Of a DNA stretch of 64,000 bases, positions 43,621-51,327 are shown piece after piece. Under the pieces are notes generated by a model that did no database searches, was not told where the DNA came from, and saw nothing but the letters and a program-made list of their open reading frames with translations. The DNA lies in the NCBI GenBank assembly GCA_964557115.1, contig CAZKYO010000004.1:53892-117891 (forward strand). The letters run 5' to 3'. Positions within the stretch are counted from its first letter, which is position 1. Each line of letters opens with the position of its first letter. The position numbers were made by a program, and so were the translations under genes. Source of the stretch: an uncultured Gemmatimonadaceae bacterium (GTDB taxonomy: Bacteria > Gemmatimonadota > Gemmatimonadetes > Gemmatimonadales > GWC2-71-9).

Positions 43621-43974
43621 ATGAAGACAAACGAACCGGTCCACCAGGGCGAGGCGCTCACCCGCCACCTCGCCGACCTCCCTGGCTGGGAGGTCGAGGA
43701 CGGCTGGCTCAAGCGCACCTACCGCACCGATGGCTGGCGGACGACGATGCTGGTGACCAACGCGATCGCGTTCCTCGCCGAGGCGGCGAATCATCACCCC
43801 GACCTCGAGGTACACTGGCCCAGCGTGGTCGTGCGGCTGCAGACCCACTCGGCCGGCGGGATCACCGACAAGGACCTCCAGCTCGCCGGCGAGATCGAGC
43901 GACTGGTGCGCTGGCAGCCGACCGGCGGCTTCCCGGGCCTCGAGGGACAGCCCGACGGCTGGGTGAAGCCCTGA
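43621..43974 (+). CDS. phhB: pterin-4a-carbinolamine dehydratase
   Basis: 117-aa ORF. GW......L.R.Y ... AEAANHHPDLEVHWPSVVVRLQTHSAGGITDKDLQLA is the PCD/DCoH signature. Confidence 0.9.
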   Translation: MKTNEPVHQGEALTRHLADLPGWEVEDGWLKRTYRTDGWRTTMLVTNAIAFLAEAANHHPDLEVHWPSVVVRLQTHSAGGITDKDLQLAGEIERLVRWQPTGGFPGLEGQPDGWVKP

Positions 43975-43993
43975 CCGACCGGGCAATCGGCGC

Positions 43994-45382
43994 GTGAGCG
44001 TCACCCGCCTCCTCCTCGAGGACGCTCCCGACCCGCTCGACGCCCTCGAGCGGGTCGCGACGCTTCGACGCCCGGTGCTGCTCGACGGAGCCGCCGAGCG
44101 CGATGGTTTGGGGCGCTGGAGCTTCCTGAGCGCCGAGCCGGTGGAGCTCCTCGAGGGCGGTCCCGACGACTGGCCGCGGATCCGTGACGCGGTGCGCGCC
44201 TCGATCGACCCGGCGATCCACGACCCGGCGGGACCGCCGCTGCAGGGCGGCTGGATCGGCTGGCTGGGCTACGAACTTGGCCGGGCGTTCGACCGGCAGC
44301 CGGTCGCCGCCGCGCCCTCGTCCGCGCTGCCCGACGTCTCGCTGGGCCGCTACGACTGGTGCATGGCATGGGACCACGCCAGCGGCGAGGCCTGGCTGGT
44401 GGCGGAGAACGCGGAGATCGCGGCCGCGCGACTGGCGATGCTGGAGACTCGAGATTCGCGATCGGCGATTCGTGACCTGGCGGCGGTGACTCGTGTCGAC
44501 TCGGATGCCCAGAGCGGTCCGCAAAACCTCGATTCGCGAATCGCGAATCGCGAATCTCCTGCTTCGGACTTCACGCCCGACGAGTACCGCGCCGCCGTCC
44601 AGTCGGTGATCGACCACGTGCTGGCGGGCGACATCTTCCAGGCGAACCTCTCGCAGCAGTGGCGCCGGCCCTTCGCCGGCCCCGCGCTCGGCGCCTATTG
44701 CGAGATGCGCCGGCGCGCGCCCGGCTCGCACGCGGCGTACCTCGATGCCGGCGGCGCGCAGCTGCTCAGCATGTCGCCCGAACTCTTCCTGCGATACGCG
44801 CCGACCGACCGGCGACTCGAGGCCCGACCGATCAAGGGCACCCGTCCGCGCGACGACGACCCGACCCTCGATGCGGCGCTCGCCGGCGAACTGCTGGTGA
44901 GCGAGAAGGATCGCGCCGAGAACGTGATGATCGTGGATCTGCTCCGGAACGACCTCAACCGGGTCGCCGTGCCGGGAAGCGTCGTGGTGCCATCGCTCTG
45001 CCGGCTCGAGTCGTACGCCGCGGTGCACCACCTGGTCTCGATCGTGACCGGCACGCTCCGGCAGGACTGCGACGCGCTCGATGCGATCGCGGCGATGTTC
45101 CCGGGGGGCTCGATCACCGGCGCGCCCAAGCTGCGCGCGATGGAGATCATCGCCGGACTCGAACGCCATCGGCGCGGACCCTACTGCGGCGCGATCGGAT
45201 GGATCGGGCGCGACGGGGCGGCCGAATTCAACGTGGCGATCCGCACCGTCACGCTCGCGGACGGCGAGGCGATCGTCCCGGCCGGCGGCGGGATCACCGC
45301 CCTCTCCGAGCCGGAGGCGGAACACCGCGAGGCGGTGACCAAGGCCGCGGCGCTGCTCGCCGCGCTGGAGGCGGCCGGATGA
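43994..45382 (+). CDS. pabB: aminodeoxychorismate synthase component I
   Basis: GTG start. Chorismate-binding domain motifs GDIFQANLSQ, SPELFL, IKGTRPR, EKDRAENVMIVDLLRNDL, FPGGSITGAPK, RGPYCGAIGW. No TrpE-type N-terminal Trp-feedback motif noticed, and it is adjacent to pabA. Confidence 0.8.
   Translation: MSVTRLLLEDAPDPLDALERVATLRRPVLLDGAAERDGLGRWSFLSAEPVELLEGGPDDWPRIRDAVRASIDPAIHDPAGPPLQGGWIGWLGYELGRAFDRQPVAAAPSSALPDVSLGRYDWCMAWDHASGEAWLVAENAEIAAARLAMLETRDSRSAIRDLAAVTRVDSDAQSGPQNLDSRIANRESPASDFTPDEYRAAVQSVIDHVLAGDIFQANLSQQWRRPFAGPALGAYCEMRRRAPGSHAAYLDAGGAQLLSMSPELFLRYAPTDRRLEARPIKGTRPRDDDPTLDAALAGELLVSEKDRAENVMIVDLLRNDLNRVAVPGSVVVPSLCRLESYAAVHHLVSIVTGTLRQDCDALDAIAAMFPGGSITGAPKLRAMEIIAGLERHRRGPYCGAIGWIGRDGAAEFNVAIRTVTLADGEAIVPAGGGITALSEPEAEHREAVTKAAALLAALEAAG
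44443..44559. repeat. 117-nt heptad-arm palindromic element (ATTCGCG family) inside the pabB reading frame
   Basis: Left ggagactcgagattcgcgatcggcgattcgtgac; right tcgattcgcgaatcgcgaatcgcgaatctcc (reverse complement ggagattcgcgattcgcgattcgcgaatcga). Translated as ETRDSRSAIRD...LDSRIANRES. Confidence 0.85.
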
Positions 45383-45948
45383 TCCTGCTCCTCGACCACG
45401 ACGACTCGTTCGTGCACACGCTGGCGGCGTACCTCGCCGTGCTGGGCGCCGAGCCGGTGGTGCGGCGCGACGCCGGGATCACGCTGGAGGAAATCGTGGC
45501 GATGCGACCCGCGGGCATCATCCTCTCGCCCGGACCGGGCACCCCCGAGGCGTGTGCGCTTGGCGTCGCGGTCGTGCGGACCCTGGGTGCCACGACGCCG
45601 ATCCTCGGCGTGTGCCTCGGCCACCAGGTGATCGCCCACGCGTTGGGGGCGACGGTCGCCCGCGCCTCGCATCCTCGCCATGGGCGCACGTCGCGGATCC
45701 GCCACGACGGCGAGGCGGTCTACCGAGGCCTGCCGGATCCGCTGGAGGCGACCCGCTACCACTCCCTGTCGGTGGTGGCGGACTCGGTGCCCGACGCGCT
45801 CCGCGTCACCTCGCGCGCGGACGACGGCGAGGTGATGGGGGTGCGACACCGCGAGTGGCCGGTGGAAGGCGTGCAGTTCCACCCCGAGTCGGTGCTGACG
45901 ACCCACGGGGCGGCGATGATCGCGAACTGGCTTCACCCCGCCCGCTAG
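45379..45948 (+). CDS. pabA: aminodeoxychorismate/anthranilate synthase component II (glutamine amidotransferase)
   Basis: ATGA overlap with pabB. ILLLDHDDSFVHTL, GVCLGHQ catalytic Cys, VQFHPES. Confidence 0.9.
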   Translation: MILLLDHDDSFVHTLAAYLAVLGAEPVVRRDAGITLEEIVAMRPAGIILSPGPGTPEACALGVAVVRTLGATTPILGVCLGHQVIAHALGATVARASHPRHGRTSRIRHDGEAVYRGLPDPLEATRYHSLSVVADSVPDALRVTSRADDGEVMGVRHREWPVEGVQFHPESVLTTHGAAMIANWLHPAR

Positions 45949-47063
45949 TCGCCGAACGAGATCCCGAGGTGGCGGGCGGTCATGATGATCCCGCTATCGA
46001 GCGGGACCGACTTCATCTTGCCCACCACGTCGGTGAGCGGCACGCGCGTGACGACCGGCGGGTCGTAGGCGACCATGGTCCCGAAGTCGCCCTCGGCGAT
46101 CGCGCGGATCGCCGCCGAGCCGAATCGCAGCGCCAGCAGCCGATCGAAGGTGGTCGGCGTGCCGCCGCGCTGCAGATGACCGAGCACCAGCGTGCGTGTC
46201 TCCTTGCCGGTCCGCTGCGCGATCGCGTCGCCGACCTGCTCGCCGATGCCGCCGAGGCGCGCGTTGGCGCCGGCCTGCCGCCGCTCGCGCAGCACCACCT
46301 CGCCGTCGATCGGCCGGGCTCCCTCGGCCACCACGACGATGGCGAAGTGACGCCCCGACCGCTCGCGCTCGCGGATCTTCTCGCAGACCTTCTCGATGTC
46401 GAACGGGATCTCGGGGATGAGGATCACGTCGGCGGTCGCCGAGATGCCGCTGTGCAGCGCGATCCAGCCGGCGTGGCGCCCCATCAGCTCCACCACCATC
46501 ACCCGGTCGTGCGCCTCGGCGGTGGAGTGGAGCTTGTCGAGGGCCTCGGTCGCGGTGGACACGGCGGTGTCGAAGCCGAAGGTCGTCTCGGTGCCGCAGA
46601 CGTCGTTGTCGATCGTCTTGGGGACGCCGACCACCTTGAGCCCCTGCTCCGCGAGGCGGGCGGCGATCCCGAGGGAGCCGTCGCCGCCGATGGTGACCAG
46701 GGCGTCGATCCGCTCCCGCCGGAACGCGGCGAGCAGCTCGCCGGAGCGGTCGCGTTCGTGGACGGTGCCGTCGGGCAGGGTCTCCGGCCACCGGAACGGG
46801 TCGCCCCGGTTGGTCGTGCCGAGGATCGTGCCGCCGACATGGGTGATGCCGCGGACGTGTTCGGGGCCGAGCGGCACGACGCCGCTGCCGTCATAGAGGC
46901 CGTGGAAGCCGCGGCGGATGCCCACGCAGCTCCAGCCCCGGTCGTGGGCGGTAAGGACGACGGCCCGGATGACCGCATTGAGGCCGGGGGCGTCGCCGCC
47001 GCCTGTCGAGATCGCGATGCGCACGTTGGCGGGAATCGTACTCACTATCTTCGGGTTATGCAT
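45945..47063 (-). CDS. pfkA: ATP-dependent 6-phosphofructokinase
   Basis: Start at MHNPKIV (47063). RIAISTGGGDAPGLN, GGDGSL, PKTIDNDV, MGRHAGW, GHLQRGG motifs. Confidence 0.9.
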   Translation of the reverse strand: MHNPKIVSTIPANVRIAISTGGGDAPGLNAVIRAVVLTAHDRGWSCVGIRRGFHGLYDGSGVVPLGPEHVRGITHVGGTILGTTNRGDPFRWPETLPDGTVHERDRSGELLAAFRRERIDALVTIGGDGSLGIAARLAEQGLKVVGVPKTIDNDVCGTETTFGFDTAVSTATEALDKLHSTAEAHDRVMVVELMGRHAGWIALHSGISATADVILIPEIPFDIEKVCEKIRERERSGRHFAIVVVAEGARPIDGEVVLRERRQAGANARLGGIGEQVGDAIAQRTGKETRTLVLGHLQRGGTPTTFDRLLALRFGSAAIRAIAEGDFGTMVAYDPPVVTRVPLTDVVGKMKSVPLDSGIIMTARHLGISFGD

Positions 47064-47987
47064 CTGGCGCGACTCCGCGTTACCCTGCCGGCCCTGCTCG
47101 TGGCCGCCCCGCTGGCGGCCCAGGTGACCCAGCTGCCCGCGATCCGGGCCGTCCCTCCCGTGCCGCTCGACACCGCGATGCCACCCGTCGCGACACGGCC
47201 GACGGCGTACCGACCGGATGCCCTCCTCCCCGGCTCGCGGATCGTGGCGTACTACGGCAACCCGCTCTCCACCCGGATGGGGATCCTCGGCGAGATCCCG
47301 CCCGAGCAGATGATGGCCCGGCTCGACTCCGTCTCCCGACGCTGGGCGCTGGCCGACTCCACCCGGGTGGTGCGCCCGGCCCTCCACCTGATCGTCACCG
47401 TGGCCCTGGGAGGTCCGGGTGCCGACGGGAAGTACCGGATCCGCCACTCCGACTCGCTCATCGCGAAGGTGGCGCGCTGGGCCGAGTCGAGGGACTGGCT
47501 CCTCTTCCTGGACCTGCAGGTGGGCCAGAGCAACGTGGCCGACGAGGTGGACCGGCTGCTCCCCTGGCTTGCGCGACCCTACGTGCACCTCGGCCTCGAT
47601 CCCGAGTTCGCGATGCCCGGAGGCGCGATCCCGGGGCGGCGGATCGGCACGCTGGACGCGGCGGCGGTCAACCAGGCGATCGACCGACTGGCGCGACTCG
47701 TGGACGAGCACCACCTGCCGCCCAAGGTGCTTGTGGTCCACCGATTCACGGAGCAGATGCTGACCAACCACGAGCAGATCAAGGCCGATCCGCGGGTCCA
47801 GGTGGTGATCGACATGGATGGATTCGGTGCGCCGCAGCTCAAGCGGTCGATCTTCGGCCACGTGGTCGAGCGGCGGCCGGTCCAGTTCGCCGGGATCAAG
47901 CTGTTCTACAAGAACGACAGCCCGATGCTGACCGAGGCCGAGGTGGTCGCGATGCGCCCGATCCCGCTCTACATCCAGTACCAGTGA
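47058..47987 (+). CDS. hypothetical secreted protein
   Basis: Start at MHLARLRVTLPALLVAAPLAAQ, coding-like composition throughout. No family confidently recognised. Confidence 0.6.
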   Translation: MHLARLRVTLPALLVAAPLAAQVTQLPAIRAVPPVPLDTAMPPVATRPTAYRPDALLPGSRIVAYYGNPLSTRMGILGEIPPEQMMARLDSVSRRWALADSTRVVRPALHLIVTVALGGPGADGKYRIRHSDSLIAKVARWAESRDWLLFLDLQVGQSNVADEVDRLLPWLARPYVHLGLDPEFAMPGGAIPGRRIGTLDAAAVNQAIDRLARLVDEHHLPPKVLVVHRFTEQMLTNHEQIKADPRVQVVIDMDGFGAPQLKRSIFGHVVERRPVQFAGIKLFYKNDSPMLTEAEVVAMRPIPLYIQYQ

Positions 47988-48382
47988 GATTGCCCGTGAT
48001 CCGCCTTGCGCTGCCCCTCGCCGCCACGACCCTGCTCGCCGCTCCGCTGCACGCCCAGCAGGCGACGGCGCCCGACAGCGCGACGATCGCGCGCGGCAAG
48101 GCGCTCTTCCAGGGGCGGGGCACCTGCTTCTCGTGCCACGGCATGCAGGGCGAGGGGATGCTCGGCCCGACGACGGTCCTCAACGCGAACAAGCCGAAGT
48201 GGCTGCACCACGACGGGAGCATCGCCGGGATCATCAAGGTCATCACCGGCGGCATCGACGCCGAGCACTCGACGAGCGGGCAGGAGATGCCGCCGAAGGG
48301 CGGCAGCAAGCTGACCGACGCGCAGGTGGCGCAGGTCGCCGCGTACGTCTGGTCGCTCCACCGGACGAAGCCCGCGTCGTGA
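47984..48382 (+). CDS. class I c-type cytochrome
   Basis: Signal peptide, haem-binding CFSCH, distal Met region (GQEMPPKG). GTGA overlap with the previous gene. Confidence 0.85.
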   Translation: MRLPVIRLALPLAATTLLAAPLHAQQATAPDSATIARGKALFQGRGTCFSCHGMQGEGMLGPTTVLNANKPKWLHHDGSIAGIIKVITGGIDAEHSTSGQEMPPKGGSKLTDAQVAQVAAYVWSLHRTKPAS

Positions 48383-49302
48383 ACCGCCGCGGGCCGCTTG
48401 CCCTGCACGCGGTCCTGGCCGCGGCGGCCATCGGCCCGGTGTCCGGCGCGGCGGCTCAGGTCCCCGAGGGTGGCTGGCGGCTGGTGCCTCCCGACCGCCT
48501 GGTCGCCACCGGACGACTCACCGACCGGCGGCTCGCGGAGGCGAGCGGTGCGGCCCCGAGCGCCGCGAACCCGGGGCTCATCTGGACGATGGGTGATTCC
48601 GGGAATCCGCCCGAGCTCTACGCCATCGACAGCACCGGCGCGTTGCAGGCGACGGTCCGCCTGCCGGTCCCGAACGTCGACTGGGAGGAGATCGCCCTCG
48701 GCCCGTGCGGCGCGGCGAGTTGCCTCTACGTCGGCGACATCGGCGACAACACCGAGCGCCGGAGCGAGATCGCGATCCATCGGCTGCGCGAGCCGACCGT
48801 CGTCCGCGGGGAGGCCACCGTGGCGCCGGGGCAGGTCGAGACGCTGCGGGTCGCCTACCCCGACCGACCCCACGATGCCGAAGGGATGGGCATCCTGCCC
48901 GACGGCACGGTCCTGATCGTCACCAAGGGCCGCCGGGGTGGGGTGCTCGCCTTCACCATCCCGCCGACGGCGTGGGGCAACCGCGGCCTCGTGACCGCGA
49001 CGCGATCCGATTCCCTCCCGATCATTCCCCAACCGGGCACCGGCCGGGTCGTCACCGGACTGGCGATCTCTCCCGACGGACATCGCGTGGTGGTGCGGAC
49101 CTACCGCGAGCTGTACCTCTTCGAGCGCGACGACGACGGGCGCCTCACCCCGGCGGGCTGGACCTCCTGCGACATCCTGGGCAAGGAGCCCCAGGGTGAG
49201 GCGGTCGGCTGGCTCGGAGATGACTGGCGAGTGGTCCTGCTGTCGGAGCGAGGGTTCTTCGCCGCAGGGACCGTCCTGGTCGGCCAGTGCAAGCCGAGGT
49301 GA
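48379..49302 (+). CDS. hypothetical secreted protein (beta-propeller-like)
   Basis: GTG start overlapping the cytochrome stop, with signal peptide. Motifs GDSGNPPELYAID and YVGDIGDN. Family not recognised. Confidence 0.55.
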   Translation: MNRRGPLALHAVLAAAAIGPVSGAAAQVPEGGWRLVPPDRLVATGRLTDRRLAEASGAAPSAANPGLIWTMGDSGNPPELYAIDSTGALQATVRLPVPNVDWEEIALGPCGAASCLYVGDIGDNTERRSEIAIHRLREPTVVRGEATVAPGQVETLRVAYPDRPHDAEGMGILPDGTVLIVTKGRRGGVLAFTIPPTAWGNRGLVTATRSDSLPIIPQPGTGRVVTGLAISPDGHRVVVRTYRELYLFERDDDGRLTPAGWTSCDILGKEPQGEAVGWLGDDWRVVLLSERGFFAAGTVLVGQCKPR

Positions 49303-49322
49303 AGTCGGCGCGATAGTAGTAA

Positions 49323-49334
49323 TAGTTGCAACTA
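49323..49334. promoter_or_regulatory. perfect 12-bp palindrome TAGTTGCAACTA in an AT-rich patch; candidate operator
   Basis: Read directly. Flanked by GTAGTA (49315-49320). The pair GTAGTA (49412-49417) ... TGCAACT (49423-49429) recurs about 100 nt downstream. Lies in the 170-nt gap ahead of the hypothetical/TrmB/GGDEF genes. Confidence 0.35.
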
Positions 49335-49472
49335 CTTGTACGGTCCCCTGATTCAACGGCCCGAATGGTCGTCCCGCCGGGGTTGACCCCGTTGCCCGAC
49401 CGCCGCATCTCGTAGTATCGCCTGCAACTGTCGCCGTGTGGCGGCTGTTCCTCGCTACGCGTCCCCATTAGA

Positions 49473-50639
49473 TTGCCGCCGACCGAGTGTGGCACACCGA
49501 CTCATCCTCTGACAGTGAGGAGCCGCGCCCTGGACCTTCCGACTTCCCATCGCGTCCCCCTGACCTGGCTCACCGAGCATGGGGGTCCCGCGATCCGCAC
49601 CCGGACGCTGCTCGAGCTTGCGCCGGCCGGGTCGGCCGACCCGGCCACGACCGCCGAGGCGATCCGGGCCACGGTGCTCAGCGAGGCGGTGTCGGCGGTG
49701 ACCACCCGCCAGCAGGAGAACGGCCTCTGGGGGTCGAACTTCCTCGGCTTCCAGGCCTCGGGCCGCGACAACATCGACGAGCCGGGGACCGTGGCGCAGT
49801 ACCGCCGCCTCCTGCAGCTCGGGGTGCCGACCTCGACGCGCCCGTTCCGCCTGGCCGACCGACTGATGTTCCGCACGCTGTCGCGCGATGACGACCCGGT
49901 GCTCTATGGCGAGTTCTTCGACTCCACCGTGGACGATCCGGACGCCGCCGAGTGGTATCGCGGGTTGATTCGCGAGGGAGTCTCCGCCGCGCTGGCGGAG
50001 GCGGGACACGAGGACGACCCGCGCCTGCGCGGTGCGGCGCACAAGATCCTCTCGCAGGTGTCGGCGTTCCTCCGATCGGACCTCGCGGACGACCCGGTGA
50101 TCAAGCGGGGGAGCAGTGCGTGGCAGCTGCATCCCGAGGCGTCGCCGCCTTCGTGGTGGTCGGTGGCGATGCTGGCGGCGATGCCGTCGCTGCAGCGGGA
50201 GCGCGCCGGGCTGGTGTCGCGACTGGGGCAGTACCTCACCCAGCCCGCGCCGACCAAGTCGTTCATGATCACGGTGGGCAAGACCACGATGCGCCCGACC
50301 CACCTCCTGCTGGGCGACCCGATCGAGGCCGACTCGAAGGGGGCGCCGAAGGACGTGCCGCTGGCGCTGCACTTCATCGAGCTGCTCGCCTCGATGGGAC
50401 AGCTCGCCTCGTCGCCCTCGGCCGTGCGGGCGCTCCAGACCCTGCTCGAGGATCTCGACGCCGAGGGCGTCTGGCATCCGAAGAACCTCCGTTCGCAGCC
50501 CAAGGCGATCTCGCCGGTGACGCACCACCACTGGCCGCTGGCGCTCGACGACGGGGAACTCGCCCACCGCCAGGCCGACATCACCTTCCGCCTGGCCCTG
50601 ATCGCCCGGCGGCTGGGATGGACGCTCGAGTACGCGTGA
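49473..50639 (+). CDS. hypothetical protein (possibly alpha/alpha-toroid-like)
   Basis: 388-aa ORF with good coding composition. One QQENGLWGSN motif is reminiscent of prenyltransferase/cyclase repeats. TTG start uncertain (alternative GTG 49515). Confidence 0.55.
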   Translation: MPPTECGTPTHPLTVRSRALDLPTSHRVPLTWLTEHGGPAIRTRTLLELAPAGSADPATTAEAIRATVLSEAVSAVTTRQQENGLWGSNFLGFQASGRDNIDEPGTVAQYRRLLQLGVPTSTRPFRLADRLMFRTLSRDDDPVLYGEFFDSTVDDPDAAEWYRGLIREGVSAALAEAGHEDDPRLRGAAHKILSQVSAFLRSDLADDPVIKRGSSAWQLHPEASPPSWWSVAMLAAMPSLQRERAGLVSRLGQYLTQPAPTKSFMITVGKTTMRPTHLLLGDPIEADSKGAPKDVPLALHFIELLASMGQLASSPSAVRALQTLLEDLDAEGVWHPKNLRSQPKAISPVTHHHWPLALDDGELAHRQADITFRLALIARRLGWTLEYA

Positions 50640-50640
50640 G

Positions 50641-51327
50641 ATGGCCGGCCGCCTCGACCTGGTGCCATTCGGGTTCACGCCGACCGAATCGCTGATCTAC
50701 GAGGTGCTGCTCACCGAGGGGCCGGGCACGGGATACACCGTGGCCCGGGCCGCGGGGCTGGCGCGCGCGAACGTCTACGCGGCGCTCGAGGGACTGGTGG
50801 CCAAGGGGGCGGCCCGGATGGAGGAGGGTCGCCCGCGGCGCTTCCGCCCCGAGCCCCCGAATACGCTGCTCGCCCGGCTGGCCGACCGTCAGGGCGAGGC
50901 CCTCGATCGTCTGGGGGCCGCGCTCGATACTCTCACGGCGCCCGAGACCGCGACGCTGGTGGAGCTCTCGTCGTCGCGGGGGGCGGTCCAGCTGATGGGC
51001 CACGAGATCGCCCGCGCCACCACGTCGGTCGCGCTGCTGGCCCCACCGGATGGATGCCTGGCGCTGGCACCGCACCTCCGGCGCGCCCAGGCCTCGGGGG
51101 CGACGGTCGAGGTGACGAGTGGAGGCGACGTGCCGCTTGCCGGGATCGCCGTGACGCCGCTTCCGCCACCGAGCTGGCCGGGTGATCCGGTGCTGCTGAT
51201 CGTGGACGGGCGCGCCGCGCTGATCGGCGCCCGGCTGGGCGATCGGTTCAACGGCCATTTCGGCAGCGGCCCCGCCTTCGTCGCGGCGGCACTGCATGCG
51301 ATGCGTGCGCTGAGGGAGGGGCGGTGA
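50641..51327 (+). CDS. TrmB-family winged-helix transcriptional regulator
   Basis: N-terminus FGFTPTESLIYEVLLTEGPGTGYTVARAAGLARANVYAALEGLVAKGAA matches the TrmB HTH pattern. Starts 2 nt after the previous stop. Confidence 0.7.
   Translation: MAGRLDLVPFGFTPTESLIYEVLLTEGPGTGYTVARAAGLARANVYAALEGLVAKGAARMEEGRPRRFRPEPPNTLLARLADRQGEALDRLGAALDTLTAPETATLVELSSSRGAVQLMGHEIARATTSVALLAPPDGCLALAPHLRRAQASGATVEVTSGGDVPLAGIAVTPLPPPSWPGDPVLLIVDGRAALIGARLGDRFNGHFGSGPAFVAAALHAMRALREGR

Noticed and set aside
49303-49472. AT-rich leader as a tRNA or known riboswitch
   Set aside because: No cloverleaf, no conserved riboswitch core that I can recognise. It is better explained as a promoter/operator region (see findings).
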